Assembly (NCBI RefSeq): GCF_000143415.4 | Contig: NW_003314327.1 | Coordinates: forward strand, 393,725-457,724 | Source: Selaginella moellendorffii | Taxonomy: Eukaryota > Plantae > Lycopodiophyta | Length of the DNA: 64,000 nt | Reading direction: 5' to 3' | Notes under the pieces: model-generated | Told to the model about the DNA's origin: nothing | The model's database searches: none | The model's input: only the letters and a program-made list of their open reading frames with translations | Made by a program: the position numbers and the translations under genes | Shown here: positions 1 through 13,463 of the stretch, piece after piece | Layout of the letters: the number at the start of each line of letters is the position of its first letter | Position numbering within the stretch: the first letter of the stretch is position 1

Positions 1-10
1 ACGGTTGCTG

Positions 11-117
11 GTAGACGGCTGAGATTGATCCTCGTAGACGGCTTGGATTGATCCTGGTGGACGGCTTGGACTGGTTTCGGACGGATGGCTTGGATTCATC
101 CTTACGGAAACGGTCAC
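11..117. promoter_or_regulatory. Array of ~23-bp tandem repeats with GACGGCT/AACGG cores (MSA-like elements) directly upstream of the SANT gene
   Basis: gtagacggctgagattgatcctc / gtagacggcttggattgatcctg / gtggacggcttggactggtttcg, then a degenerate fourth unit and AACGG at 109-113; the unit length is not a multiple of 3. Confidence 0.5.
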
Positions 118-140
118 ATTTTCTAGGGCTTGAGAGGGCG

Positions 141-1104
141 ATGGTGTGTCGGAAGAAGAATGTGAGCCATGGAAGTGGCGATGGCGAGGATTGGACCGAG
201 GAGCAGGAGGCTAGGCTCCACAATGCGCACCTCGCCGTTCGAGCGACGCCGAATTTCTGGCGCGACATCGCGAAGCTTGTGAGTTCTCGCGAAATTCTGG
301 GGATTTGATCGATCGCGTGGTTGCCAGGTTCCAGGGAAGACCGCGGACGAGTGCTTCCACAGATTCTACTCGGCCCATCCCACGCCGCCGTTGGCGCCCC
401 AGCAGCACGGGAGGAGGGTGTGCTTGAGCTCGCCAATTCGGCCGCTTGAAGGAAAGCTTCTGTCCCCGACTAGATTGCTACACCAGAAGCAGGCGGCGAA
501 GATTAGAAAGGTCGGCGGGAGGAGCACGAAGGCGATCTTCCAATCGCACAAGGCTGTCCGCGAGATCCTTCGGAAGCAGCAGATCGATGACCAGGGATAC
601 GAAGAAGACGCCTTTGCTGCCCTGGAGAGCACGGACATTCCTTGCTGGGACAAAGCCGCTGCCTTGGTTTCCATCGCCACCCCTGCCGCTACCAAGAGAA
701 AGAAATCAGCCAAGAAGAAAGAGGTGATCAAAGCGGTGGTGGATTCTTCCAGTGAGAGGCCCAGTTCTTCGGAGGTTCTAAGGCCAGCGTCTACCGATGG
801 GAGGAAGCACGAGAGGTATCTGGATCTCCTCATTCGCAGGAACAAACTACCGGCAGCGTCACAGAGGAAAAATGCGAAGAAAGACGATCCAAGCAGCAGT
901 GGTGGTGGCTTTGGTTCAAAGCTCAAGGCGCGGCTTGGATCGAGCAAGAACTTGTCCACTGCCAAGTCCGCGGTGATTGCCAGCGCAAGGGACGTACTGG
1001 AACAGATACGTGAGAGAAGATCATCGTCCTCCACGGCCACAAAATTAGACAGCGATAGAGACTCGGGATCATGCTCTGACGCGAGCGACTTGGACGATTT
1101 CTAG
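141..1104 (+). CDS. SANT/Myb-like domain protein, 2 exons (141-278, 328-1104)
   Basis: A GT-AG intron at 279-327 joins WTEEQEARLHNAHLAVRATPNFWRDIAKL to VPGKTADECFHRFY, forming a SANT/Myb repeat in frame with ORF 391..1104; basic low-complexity tail. Confidence 0.8.
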
Positions 1105-1261
1105 AGATCCATGCGTACAGGTTCGTCACCATTCTTTTTGCTTGAGCTCTTCACCAGTGATTCTCTTCTTTCAGACTTGTGATCGTTAGTAGGGGAAGTT
1201 TTTGCGACAAAGATTTTGGGACGAAACGAATCCCATCCAAACAAAAGTGGCCGCTCTCTTT

Positions 1262-2924
1262 CTACTCGGCGGCTTTAGGAAGAACTATATCCTCCGGGCC
1301 CAGCTCCAAGTCCGTGTCGATCGTCGGCCCATACGAGTGGATCCTCTTGAAGTTCCAGTGGTCAGTCGGGAGTGGCTCCGAGAACCACGACTGGAATTCC
1401 TCGTCCCACCGCTGCTCGACCTGTCCAACCGCGAAGTAATTTATGGGAAACGTGAGCGGCGACCGAACTCCATCCGTGTGCCGTGGGATTTTCTTATCCT
1501 GCGCGCGCGAAGTTGGAACAAATCAGTCGCAACAAAGGAAAGAGACAAGAAGAAACAACGAGAGCTATACATACCAGTAAGAACGCCATCACGGTTTCTA
1601 GGAAACGATCCTCGTCCATCTTTGCGGCCTCGGGATAAATCCGTCCCATAATCACGCGGTGCCTATGCACAGGGATGCTAGAAATGTCAATAAAACAACA
1701 AGTCACAGTACCTCGTTTCCTTGTTGTCGTGAGTTACGAGTATGTCGTACATCCATCCGCCGTTTGTGACGAACTTGCTCTCGTAGTACACGTCGAATGT
1801 TATCTCTCGATCGTCGGGCGTCTTGACGGAACAAGCCACTCGTTTCGATGATTCCTCCTCGCGGGCTTTGGCAGCAGCGGCCAGTTCCTCGGGTGTTTGA
1901 TCTTTCGACTAGAGTGACTTCACAACGTAAGCTTCTTTTTTTTTCTATGTAGAAAAGGAGAAACTTACTGGCAGGATGTCACACTTTCCCTCTGCGAGCA
2001 AGTCCGGGTTGTAGACCATCTGTTTTGCCGAATACCAACGAAAGATGAGAGAAGCTTTAAGGCGAACGCTTCTGGAGAAACTCTACCTCTTCCAGGACGC
2101 CTTTGTCGAACAAAATTTGTTTGAGCGTCTTGGCTCTATCAGCCGCCGCCGCCGCCTTCCCTCTGTCGGAAATGGATCCAGCGTCGACGGGCTGCTCCCA
2201 CAGGTTTCTCTGTGTAATATCGGCGTTTCCCCTTGGAATGCTCCCAAGCTCGTTCACCCACTAGAAAAATGAAAAAAAGCGACCATCATGCATCAATCTT
2301 GTTATAGCAACTTCTAGCATACGTACCTGTTGTCTCACAGCGAGCATTTTCTGCTGATCAAGCACCGGCAAGTGGAACACCTTGTAAAAGTGGCAAAGCT
2401 CCGGACGCCTTCCGATGAGAGTTCTAAGAGAGTTCCTGATATCCTTGGAGAAACCAATGTACTGAACCCTGTTGTTGTTGTCAATTACGGCAAAAATGGT
2501 AGCGGCAGTGTCGGGATCCACTGGTGGCTGAATTCTTCCATCCTTGTTGACATAGGGGCAGAGCGGCAGGTCTTTGAGAGGAGTGACGGCTTCCGTTGTA
2601 GCAGCCGTTGTAGAAGCTGAGAGTGCTACTACAGCAGCAATGCAGCTTGATCTGGCTCGAGACAGACCCCGCCGTGGCGCATAAATCTGCCATTTGCAAA
2701 GTGAATGGCTGGCGTTGCTACCTTGCTTCAGAAATCCCAGATGAGCAATTCTTGCCGAATCTGGAAACGATTGGAGCTGAGCTGACGTTTGCGACACAGC
2801 ACCATTTTGCAGGGAGACTGAAGCCTGGTACAAGGAACAGATTAAACAGCTCCTTAAGAGAGTCTGGAAAGCTAGAGATTTTTTAGATCGAAGAACTCAC
2901 CGTTGTTGCGGCAACAGCAGCCAT
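1262..2924 (-). CDS. Probable plastid protein with a GIY-YIG-like (AtGrxS16 N-terminal/cyanobacterial type) domain and an unassigned C-terminal region, ~7 exons
   Basis: ATG 2924, Ala/Ser-rich leader, then IFAVIDNNNRVQYIGFSKDIRNSLRTLIGRRPELC...WVNELGSIPRGN...WEQPVDA; GT-AG junctions stay in frame to TAG at 1264-1262. Confidence 0.75.
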
Positions 2925-4422
2925 GAGCTGAGGGACAGTCGCTTTGGCCTTTTACTCATATCTTCCGGTGGAAATATCTACTTGACTTCCCTTATCAGGA
3001 TAGAATAGATCTTCACCATCCACGGATTCCGAATCAGGTATCCAGGCCGTCCAAACTAAACGTCTGTCACTCGTAGGAATCGTTCTGGAGAAAAGAGGTG
3101 AATTAGATGAATTTCTAACAAAGCTTACTTCCAGAAGAGAAGTTTCTCAAACTCGAACCAGATAAAACGAAGGCGTGGCAATGAGAACGGGAGAACCAAT
3201 CTGCAAAGCACAAAAAAGACTTTCACCTTGACCCGAACACAAGAGCGGAGGAACGACGGTTGACACGGTCTGGCGCTCATCCTCGAGCTTAATCGTCAAG
3301 TCGGGGACAGATCATTCTAAACAAAAGCACAGTCAACCCAACGCCAAAGACATGAGCCTTGACAGCGTCAAAGCACGAGCTTGCTTTCGTTTTAAAGTAC
3401 CTGGAGTGGTATAAAAAGATCGCTCGTTGTAAGAAAAGTTTCCCGTCCTCTCCTCTCCCAGCTTTGACATTTTCCTCCTGTTTCAATCAGCGGAAAATCG
3501 GATAAGTCTCGAGGAAGAAGAAAAAAACAGACGCAGCATCGATCAACTCAGGCAAAGCGCAGCTCAAAAGTTTCGAGAGGCAATGATAGTCAACCCCACA
3601 GCCCACAAAGTACAAACAAAGGAGAACAGTCTTGCTCCAGCGTGTTTGACAATTTTTAACGCGCGGTCTTCCGCTTAAAATTCTCCTCGACGTGTTCAAA
3701 GAGGTGTCTTGAGTGGAGTCGAGTATCACAGCTACTATAAGTACGAGGAGAAGAAGAAAAGCTTCTCCTTGATCGTAAAGATTGGACCAGCCAAGAGCCA
3801 GCCAGCCCAATCCACGAAAAAATTCTGCGAGAGAGAGAGAGAGAGAGAGAAGCAAGCGAGAGCGCCAAAAAGAAAAGAAAAAATACATGATGTCAGGAGG
3901 GAGTCACGAAGAATAAACAAATAGCAAAGAAGGAACCGCTGCTTACCTATTTTTTCTCTCCAAAATCCATATTTCTATCCTGCGAGCGAGGCACGAGAGA
4001 TTCCACTGCACGACTCGCCAAATTGGAGTGGGGGAGGAGCCGCCAGCTTGAATCGGCTGTGATCTCTGTCACATTGGCGAGATTATCGATTCTTCTAGCT
4101 CCGCCGCGCCGTCGCCAGCGTGATCCATCCCTGCATTCGCTCGTCCCAGGCGCCATCGAGAGGAAAAGGCCCCAAAATTTGTGCTCGCATAGCTAGGGTT
4201 AGGGTTTTGGAGGAGGGGGATGGAGAATGTGAAGCACCAGCGGCATCGCCATCGCCAGTCGCCATTCCCGGGAGCTGGCGATTTGCGGGTAAATTCCTCG
4301 TGAGAGCGAGCGAGCGAGCGAGGTAGCGCGCTAGCGATAGATGATTCTCTTCACTGTCGGGAAGCGCCAGCGGTAGATTCGTGGCGTAGCTACAGGGAAA
4401 AAAAGTAAGAAATTCTCGCGCA

Positions 4423-6300
4423 ATGACGGATGAATCCTTGCTGCCGGAGATTTCCAGCCTCGCCATCCGCGACTCTCCGGCCCGGGCCGGCGATTCCGCC
4501 TCCTCCCCACCAGATCTCGACGTGTCGGTGGCCCTGGATCACGCCGAGGCCGTGGTGCGCAAATGGGAGAATGGCACTGGCGAGCAGATGGTCTGGGAGA
4601 TCTCCTCCGAGGACGCGCAGGATTATCTCCTCGCCGTGGATAGCCTCCAAGCTCTCCTTGGCGATGGCGATGGCGGCCCCGATGCTGCCAGGATCCAGGA
4701 GGTGCTGCGAATCGCCCAGGGGCGATTGAAGAGCGAGTTCAAGCACTTGCTCGCGATCCACACCGAGTGCGTCGACCCGAGCTGGCTGCCCGAGAGCTTC
4801 TCGGCGCCATCTTTCAGCTCCAACCCGGATCCATCCGACGAAGATGGCTCGTCAACGAATCCAGATGGTGTCTCCACCGAGCAGCAGTCGATGCGAGAGC
4901 AGAGCTTCATCATAGATCTCCTCCCGCCCGCCATCGTCGCGGACTTGAGCGACATAGCCCGGAGGATGGCCAACATGGATCACTCCCGGGACTGCATCGA
5001 CGCTTACATCCTCGTCCGCAAGGGCGTCCTCGAGGACAGTATGTTCTTGCTGGGAGTGGAGAGGCTCTCGTCCGAGGACGTCCAGAAGATGGAGTGGAAG
5101 GTTTTGGAGCCGCGCATGAAGAAGTGCCTCAAGGCCATGAAGGTTTCGTTCAAGGTGCTGTTTGCGAGTGAGAGGTTTCTCTCCGACGAGGTTTTCGCCG
5201 TGGACCTCGAGGAGAGCGATACGTGCTTTGCCGAGATGGCCAACGACGCGGCGCTCGAGGTGCTCGACATGATCAGAGTGTTTGCGACGCCGGACAAGCC
5301 CGAGAAGCTGTTCCGGCTGCTGGACATGTACGAGACGCTCAAGGAGCTGCTGCCCGAGATCGAGTTGGCGTTCCAAGGACAGGTTTGCAGTCGAGTGCGC
5401 CAAGAGGCTGCTGATGTTCTCGATATACTCAGTGGTGCTGCCAGGGAGACCTTCGTCGGGGTGAAGAACGCCATCGAGACGAGCTTGTCGACGCAGCCGG
5501 TTGTTAACGGAGCCGTGCATCCCCTCACGCGGTACCTGATGAACTACCTCTCGTTTCTGTCCGAGTACATGGACACGATGAAGGAGCTCTTTGGTCACCA
5601 GGAGTCCGCGAACGGGGAGGCTGGTGTGGCTGGCGGCGACGAGACGAGCGAAGCCGCGGGTGCCGGTGAGGACGAGAACGAAGTTGGAGCTCTCCGATCG
5701 CCGCTGGTGCCGGTCTTGATGGAGATACTAGAGGCGCTGATGAGGCACACGGACGAGAACGCGAGGCTGTACAAGGACACGGTGCTGAGCACCATCTTCC
5801 TGATGAACAACACACACTACATCGTCCAAAAGGCCAAGCACGCTGGGATCCAGTTCGTTATCGGGGACTCTTGGCTGCGGAGGCACAGCTCGCTGGTGCG
5901 GTACCACGCCATGAACTACCAGAGGGTGGCGTGGGGGAAGATCTTCTCCTATCTCCGGGACGAGGGAATCCGGGGACCGGGATACAACATCTCCAAGGAG
6001 ATACTCAAGGAGAGATTCAAGAACTTCAACGCTGCGTTTGAGGAGATCCACAGGACGCAGGCGGGATGGGTGGTGTCCGACGGCCTCCGGGACGAGCTAC
6101 GCGTTCTCATCAGTGACAAGCTCATCCCGGCCTACCGATCCTTCCTCGGGAGATACAGGGTCCACCTCGAAGGCATGAGACACTCGGAGAGATATCTCAA
6201 GTACTCGGTGGAGGACTTGGAGAACCTCATCAACAATCTGTTCGTGGGAGCAGCGCATGGTTCGATGAGCAGGCGACGATCCATCACCGGTGGAGGGTGA
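4423..6300 (+). CDS. EXO70: Exocyst subunit Exo70 family protein (intronless, 625 aa)
   Basis: Motifs PEKLFRLLDMYE, GAVHPLTRYLMNYL, IFLMNNTHYIVQK, KERFKNFNAAFEEIHRTQAGW, LIPAYRSFLGRY, YLKYSVEDLE. Confidence 0.95.
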   Translation: MTDESLLPEISSLAIRDSPARAGDSASSPPDLDVSVALDHAEAVVRKWENGTGEQMVWEISSEDAQDYLLAVDSLQALLGDGDGGPDAARIQEVLRIAQGRLKSEFKHLLAIHTECVDPSWLPESFSAPSFSSNPDPSDEDGSSTNPDGVSTEQQSMREQSFIIDLLPPAIVADLSDIARRMANMDHSRDCIDAYILVRKGVLEDSMFLLGVERLSSEDVQKMEWKVLEPRMKKCLKAMKVSFKVLFASERFLSDEVFAVDLEESDTCFAEMANDAALEVLDMIRVFATPDKPEKLFRLLDMYETLKELLPEIELAFQGQVCSRVRQEAADVLDILSGAARETFVGVKNAIETSLSTQPVVNGAVHPLTRYLMNYLSFLSEYMDTMKELFGHQESANGEAGVAGGDETSEAAGAGEDENEVGALRSPLVPVLMEILEALMRHTDENARLYKDTVLSTIFLMNNTHYIVQKAKHAGIQFVIGDSWLRRHSSLVRYHAMNYQRVAWGKIFSYLRDEGIRGPGYNISKEILKERFKNFNAAFEEIHRTQAGWVVSDGLRDELRVLISDKLIPAYRSFLGRYRVHLEGMRHSERYLKYSVEDLENLINNLFVGAAHGSMSRRRSITGGG

Positions 6301-6932
6301 GCTTGAGTACGCGCTACGATCGAAGGAAACGAGAAAGCTAAAGTACCATCGGTGCGCGAGAAAAAAGTTCCAAGAGTTGAGGGACGAAGTGGTGAGGAGG
6401 AGGATATCAAGTGGAGCGATAACGGAACATGGATGGATTGACCAGGTTGCTTGCTACTCTCTCTCAGCTCTTTCTCTCTTTTTTTCTTACTAAGCAACGT
6501 TTTTGAGGAGCGGGGATTTGTGGCTCTTTTCTTTTTCTTTTTTTTTTCTCTCCTCTTTTTGCTCCTGTACAGATTAGCGAGCCTCCAGTGGGAAGAAGAA
6601 ATTTTCTCCACCTCTGGCAGCTGGCTGCTGTTGTGCTGTTGTCTGGGACTCTTGATTTCATAATGTAATAAAGCGCTGAAAATCAAAAACATCGTTTAAG
6701 ATTATTCTAAAATTTTGTCCCCTTTTTCACCTTTTGTTCAAATGTTCATGGCAACAGAGTCTAAACATTTGTGGCTCTTGGATGGATTCTTCCTCTAAAA
6801 ATGGATCCACCAGTCTTTGTGAAACATGTGGAGAGGATGATATAGCACCATGGTTTCATCAACATTACTCTCCATACTATACCTTTTGAAAATGGATGGC
6901 AGAATATATTGCTTATCTGGTATTTAAGAATG

Positions 6933-7093
6933 TTGCCAAGATGGCCAACGACGCAGCGCTCGAGGTGCTCGACATGATCAGCGTGTTTGCGACCCAGACA
7001 AGGGCCGAGAAGCTATTCCGGCTACTGGCCGAGATCGAGTTGGCGTTCCAAGGACAGGTTTGCAGTCGAGTGCGCCAAGAGGTAGCTGATGCT
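6933..7093 (+). pseudogene. Short duplicated fragment of the upstream Exo70 CDS
   Basis: Near-identical to ~5228-5416 (MANDAALEVLDMI...FQGQVCSRVRQE) with a 30-nt internal deletion. Confidence 0.85.
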
Positions 7094-7299
7094 GTGGATC
7101 GATCTTGCCTTCGAGAGGGGACAGAGAATCGAAATATTTTACCTGGGGATGGAGGAAATGGACCCGACGCTAGATGGCAAGTTTTAAAATTGCGAGGTAG
7201 CAAAGAAAAATGTGAAGGAAAAAAAAAAAAAAAAAACTATCAAACAAATTGCCTCAAGGGAGTTCCTTGCAAACGGAACACAAGAAAATGCCAATATAT

Positions 7300-8930
7300 A
7301 GCAGCACACACTGCATGAAACCAGTTGTTGCAATAATCGCAAGCTATCCAGTGACCTCTCTCAGCTGTAACTTCAGAATCCTCCTTCCGGTGACATACTC
7401 CGCAGATGTCGATCGGCCGGTAGTTCCCGCGCTTGAATTCTTCAAAAGCGTTCTAAATTCTTCAATTGGACTCGTCAACCACTATTGTGCACTTTGCTGA
7501 GCTAACTCCGTTCTGGTTACCTTCGGAAGCGTTCCCCTTGAAGCTGGATACACGATTAGAAAGGCCATGATATATCAAGTATATACTGGAGTCCCAGTGC
7601 TGCTGCGTAAGCTGAGGTTTTGGAGCTGCCTTCCTTAGTGGATAGACTTGCGTGGCTTTCGTTGACCAGTGAACAGAACAATGGTCTCAGATGCAAAGTG
7701 AAAGCGCCACATCAAGTCCGAACCAGCACCATTGTCTGCTACGAAGAGTGTACACCTGTCACAGATGTAATCCAGGCTCGTGTACTGGCTCTCAGCAATG
7801 TACACAACCACCGCCTTGTTATCCAGGTGGAGCCTTTCACAATTTCACTTGTTTCCGTCTTAAGCCTCTCCATCGTTTCCGTCAGCGTCAGTCCATCAAA
7901 CAGCGCCGTGCCATCACTCCATTCTCTGCATCCCACCAGCCCCAGGGGAAGAAGAATCCTTGAGGCTGCTTAGCGCGCTATAGATCTTATGTTTAATGTC
8001 GTCCACGCTTTGCAAGTAGTTGTGCATCGCCAAAAGCGACTGGGGCTTATCTAAAACAACCCCATCACGGCCCATGATCTCTGCCTGCAATATGTTTGTA
8101 CCAAATGACAGAGCATAACACCATCCAAAGTAGAAATACTGAATCGTGGCTTGCAGAAAAACATATCGAAGCTTGTAGGGTGTTCGGCCTGCAAGCCTGT
8201 TTCACCGTCTGATAGAATGACACCCCTGGCATGCCCTCTTTTGTTGTGAGCTGACGCATCACATCCCATAGTATATCATTGGTGATGATCTTCTCCGCAC
8301 GCTCGTTAACCTGTAGAATGCCACGATTTGTGTAGCATCTGACCAACCCCCACACATGTCGTACAAAGTAAAACCTGTTCGCAGCAAATAACCTGATGCT
8401 CCCTGTTAAAGACACCTGTAAGAACCGGCTTAGCCAGTGGATAGACGCCCCCCTCTGACATGTAATCCCCCTGGGCCGGATCTGGAGATGCCCTGTGCCT
8501 AACGGGAGGGATCTCAGCCTCCCGTAAAAGCAGCTCCTCACTCAAATCGTCTAGCCGTTTAATTTCCTGTCGAAGTTGATGTTGAGAACCATCCCGTTTC
8601 CAGTGTCGTTCAAAGATACTGACAGCAAGCTTGGATGAGTAGCCAGCGATAAGGCGTTACCCCTCTGTTCTTGCAGTAGAAGAAAATCTCCAGCCGAGTC
8701 AAAAGCAGCACCGCTTTGCTACGTCTTCCACCAAGTCCTTTGAGCCCCATTCGCCACGAAAAAGAGTCCAAAGTTCCATGCATAGAGTGTCCTCGTTTTG
8801 CCTCGTCCCAATCACCATTGCAAACCGGGTGGTAGAAAGCCAAGAACTTGTCAAACGCATCGGTCCTTTGCTCATGCAAACGATGCAGGGGTCTCCTCCC
8901 AAACAATGGAACGCCATTACTGGAATAAAT
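7300..8930 (-). pseudogene. Decayed, frameshifted Cys-rich ORF, possibly a KDZ/CxC-type DNA transposon relic
   Basis: Overlapping broken minus-strand frames: ...CTTCVG..., RGILQVNE...IITNDILWDVMRQLTT...SFYQT, FLQATIQYF, IMGRDGVVL. Confidence 0.3.
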
Positions 8931-9870
8931 CCCCCCGTAAATCGTCTAAAAATATGGATTTCTAACTTCAACTTCATAAAACACAGGAAAGGAGAACTGC
9001 AGAAACCAAGTACAGTTTCCCAGCAGACAGAGAGAGAAAAGTAAGGTGGCAAGAAAAAGTAAACCTCCAAGGACACAGAGGGCAGAGTCTACCTATGGTG
9101 TAGTTCTGGGCGAGGTGAGATTCAAGCGTCCTCCGCAGCCAAGGTCAGGGCTGCTAGGTTTTTTGCGGGACGCCTACGGGCATGGGCTTCTGGTAGATGT
9201 AGTTATGGACCAGAGTGTGGAGGGCGGCCAATACATCTACAAACGAGGTTTGTTCGTGAAAGCATGGTGCATTTGGGATTTTATTGGCGTGAGGATGTAT
9301 GGGTGTGTGCCTGCACTTCCTGTTTTCGCAGTCAGCGTGGCTGTAAATCTGTTGGTGCTGGTTGTGCTATGCCGTCCTTCTCGCACCTTGATTTGAGTGA
9401 CTAATTTGTTTCTGTCACAGTGGCTTCTCGACTGCACCACTTTCGTTGTTTGTGGAAGTGGTGTTGATGATTGATAATGATCTTTTCAGAATGCTTGAAT
9501 TCTTCAGCGTTTGCCTGCTCTCTGTCCCGGTGTCTAGCTCATATAGCTTGTCCGAACAATGGAGTGTGTGTGTATGATGGGCCTGGTTTTTGTTGCTAAG
9601 TGTGTGGTGGTGGGTGACTGTTTTTTGTGGGTATTTTATTTTTCTTTTGGCAAGCATGGATTCGACTGCTTGTTGGTTAGGGATGCTTCAGATGTGTTGT
9701 TTAGTTTTGTTTCGGTTCTGATGCACTGTTGCGGGCTTTATGTGACAAGTCTTCAGGCTGCGTCAGGTAGCAGCGGTTGTTTGAGTTGCGTACGGTTTAG
9801 GGTTTATGGACTTATAAACCCTAATATCTTGTTCAAAATGAAAGAATATGCGTTATAGGATCTTAGCTTT

Positions 9871-10804
9871 ATGCCCTTATCTTTTATGGAGGTGGGAGTG
9901 GAATTCAGCGTCAGGGCGAAAGGCTTGAGTCAATACTCATGTTCAAATCCACGCCATAGTACGCTGGGATTTGGAGCTCTCAAAGCGGACAGGCGAGTTA
10001 TAAGTACCAGAAGTAGAAATTTTCATGCCAGGGTTGCGACTGGAGAATCTCAAGGTAAATTTTCACTCGTATAGAAATTCTGGAAAGCTTTCTTTCACAA
10101 TCGTTCAGTGGGGGAAGTGGACAGCAAAGTCGAGGAGAGCGTTCTGGTGCTAAAGGCCGCTGCCAAGAGCAAGAAAATCCCAGCTCCAGAGGTGTTTGCG
10201 GCATTTAGAGTTTTGGAGAAAGCCCGCGTGGATCCATCCAATTTTCTAGAGACTTTGGGAGGAAGTAGTGGAGCTGAGCCCAGGTGCTGGATGCTTGTCT
10301 TCACTTCTGGAGCCAAAGTGGTAAGAAAACTTGTCATAAATCTAGAACTTTGCTCTTAGTTTTTGCTTTCGATTTGAAGGTGCGAGAAGCTTTGAAAGGT
10401 GGTGCTGGAGGTGGCACATACTTCCCATTTACCGCTGTGCAGCAATACAATGCCACTGTAAGTTTCCAAAAGTTTTCACAAAGATTCGTCGTTAACAATG
10501 TGGATCACCGCAGACAAAGAGCATACAAAACGGGCTCTACCTCGGCCCTCTTGGTGTGCTGGAATTCATGGGACGCTTCTCATGGTCCAAGAACAAGCTC
10601 TTCTTCATCTTCGATTCCCTGAGCTTCAAGGTTGGGCGTCTCGGCCCCTTCCAATTCGCGATCAGCAAGAAAGAAGAGCTGGATCGAGAGCCCGGGAACA
10701 AAGATCCCTTCTTCATCTGGTTCTACGCGGACGAAGAAATCGTCGTTGGAAAGGGGCGAGGAGGAGGCATTGCTCTATGGGTGCGTTGCAATCGAAGAGT
10801 TTGA
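9871..10804 (+). CDS. Uncharacterised conserved plastid-type protein (resembles Arabidopsis At1g18060 from memory), 4 exons
   Basis: Exons 9871-10054, 10109-10320, 10380-10457, 10514-10804 in frame; FLETLGG..WMLVFT, YFPFTAVQ, NGLYLGPLG, DPFFIWFYADEEIVVGKGRGGGIALW. Confidence 0.8.
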
Positions 10805-11096
10805 ACCTCAGCCGCTAGATCAGAAACTGCAAATCTCAGGCGTTGGTTTTAATCGCATCGTGGCCGTCTGTTCTGAACCTGGCATCGACGGCCATGATGG
10901 GCGGGAGACGGACGGCCAAGATATGCGGAGGAAGGGAGTGAAAGTAGATGTGTTTGTTGTTTTATTTAGGGTCTTCGCCGCCATAGCCAGTGTGGGGGGA
11001 AGAAGATTTGTGGCGGAAGAGTAGTAGCAGCTTCAGATCTCTCGCAGAAGAAGGCCTCGCATCTCCGGTAAAGATCGTCCAATCCTCTCCTAGGGC

Positions 11097-11112
11097 TAGG
11101 GTTTTGTGGGCC
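11097..11112. promoter_or_regulatory. Telo-box (TAGGGTTT) adjacent to a site II motif (TGGGCC) upstream of UAP56
   Basis: tagggttttgtgggcc ~120 nt before the ATG; this pairing is typical of plant RNA-processing/translation genes. Confidence 0.45.
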
Positions 11113-11228
11113 GCGGCAAATCGGTTCCATGCGCGGCGCTGCCCTTCTCGTCCTGCTCTCTCCACCGCCAAGCCGCCGCCGGAGCGCGCCGTAACACTTT
11201 TCTTTGATTCTTTGTAGCCGCGCTGGAA

Positions 11229-13463
<2,235 letters not shown>

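Noticed and set aside
4390-6051. Multiple long antisense and alternate-frame ORFs over Exo70 (and similarly over the IQD last exon)
   Set aside because: Shadow ORFs caused by high GC3 codon bias; no recognisable motifs
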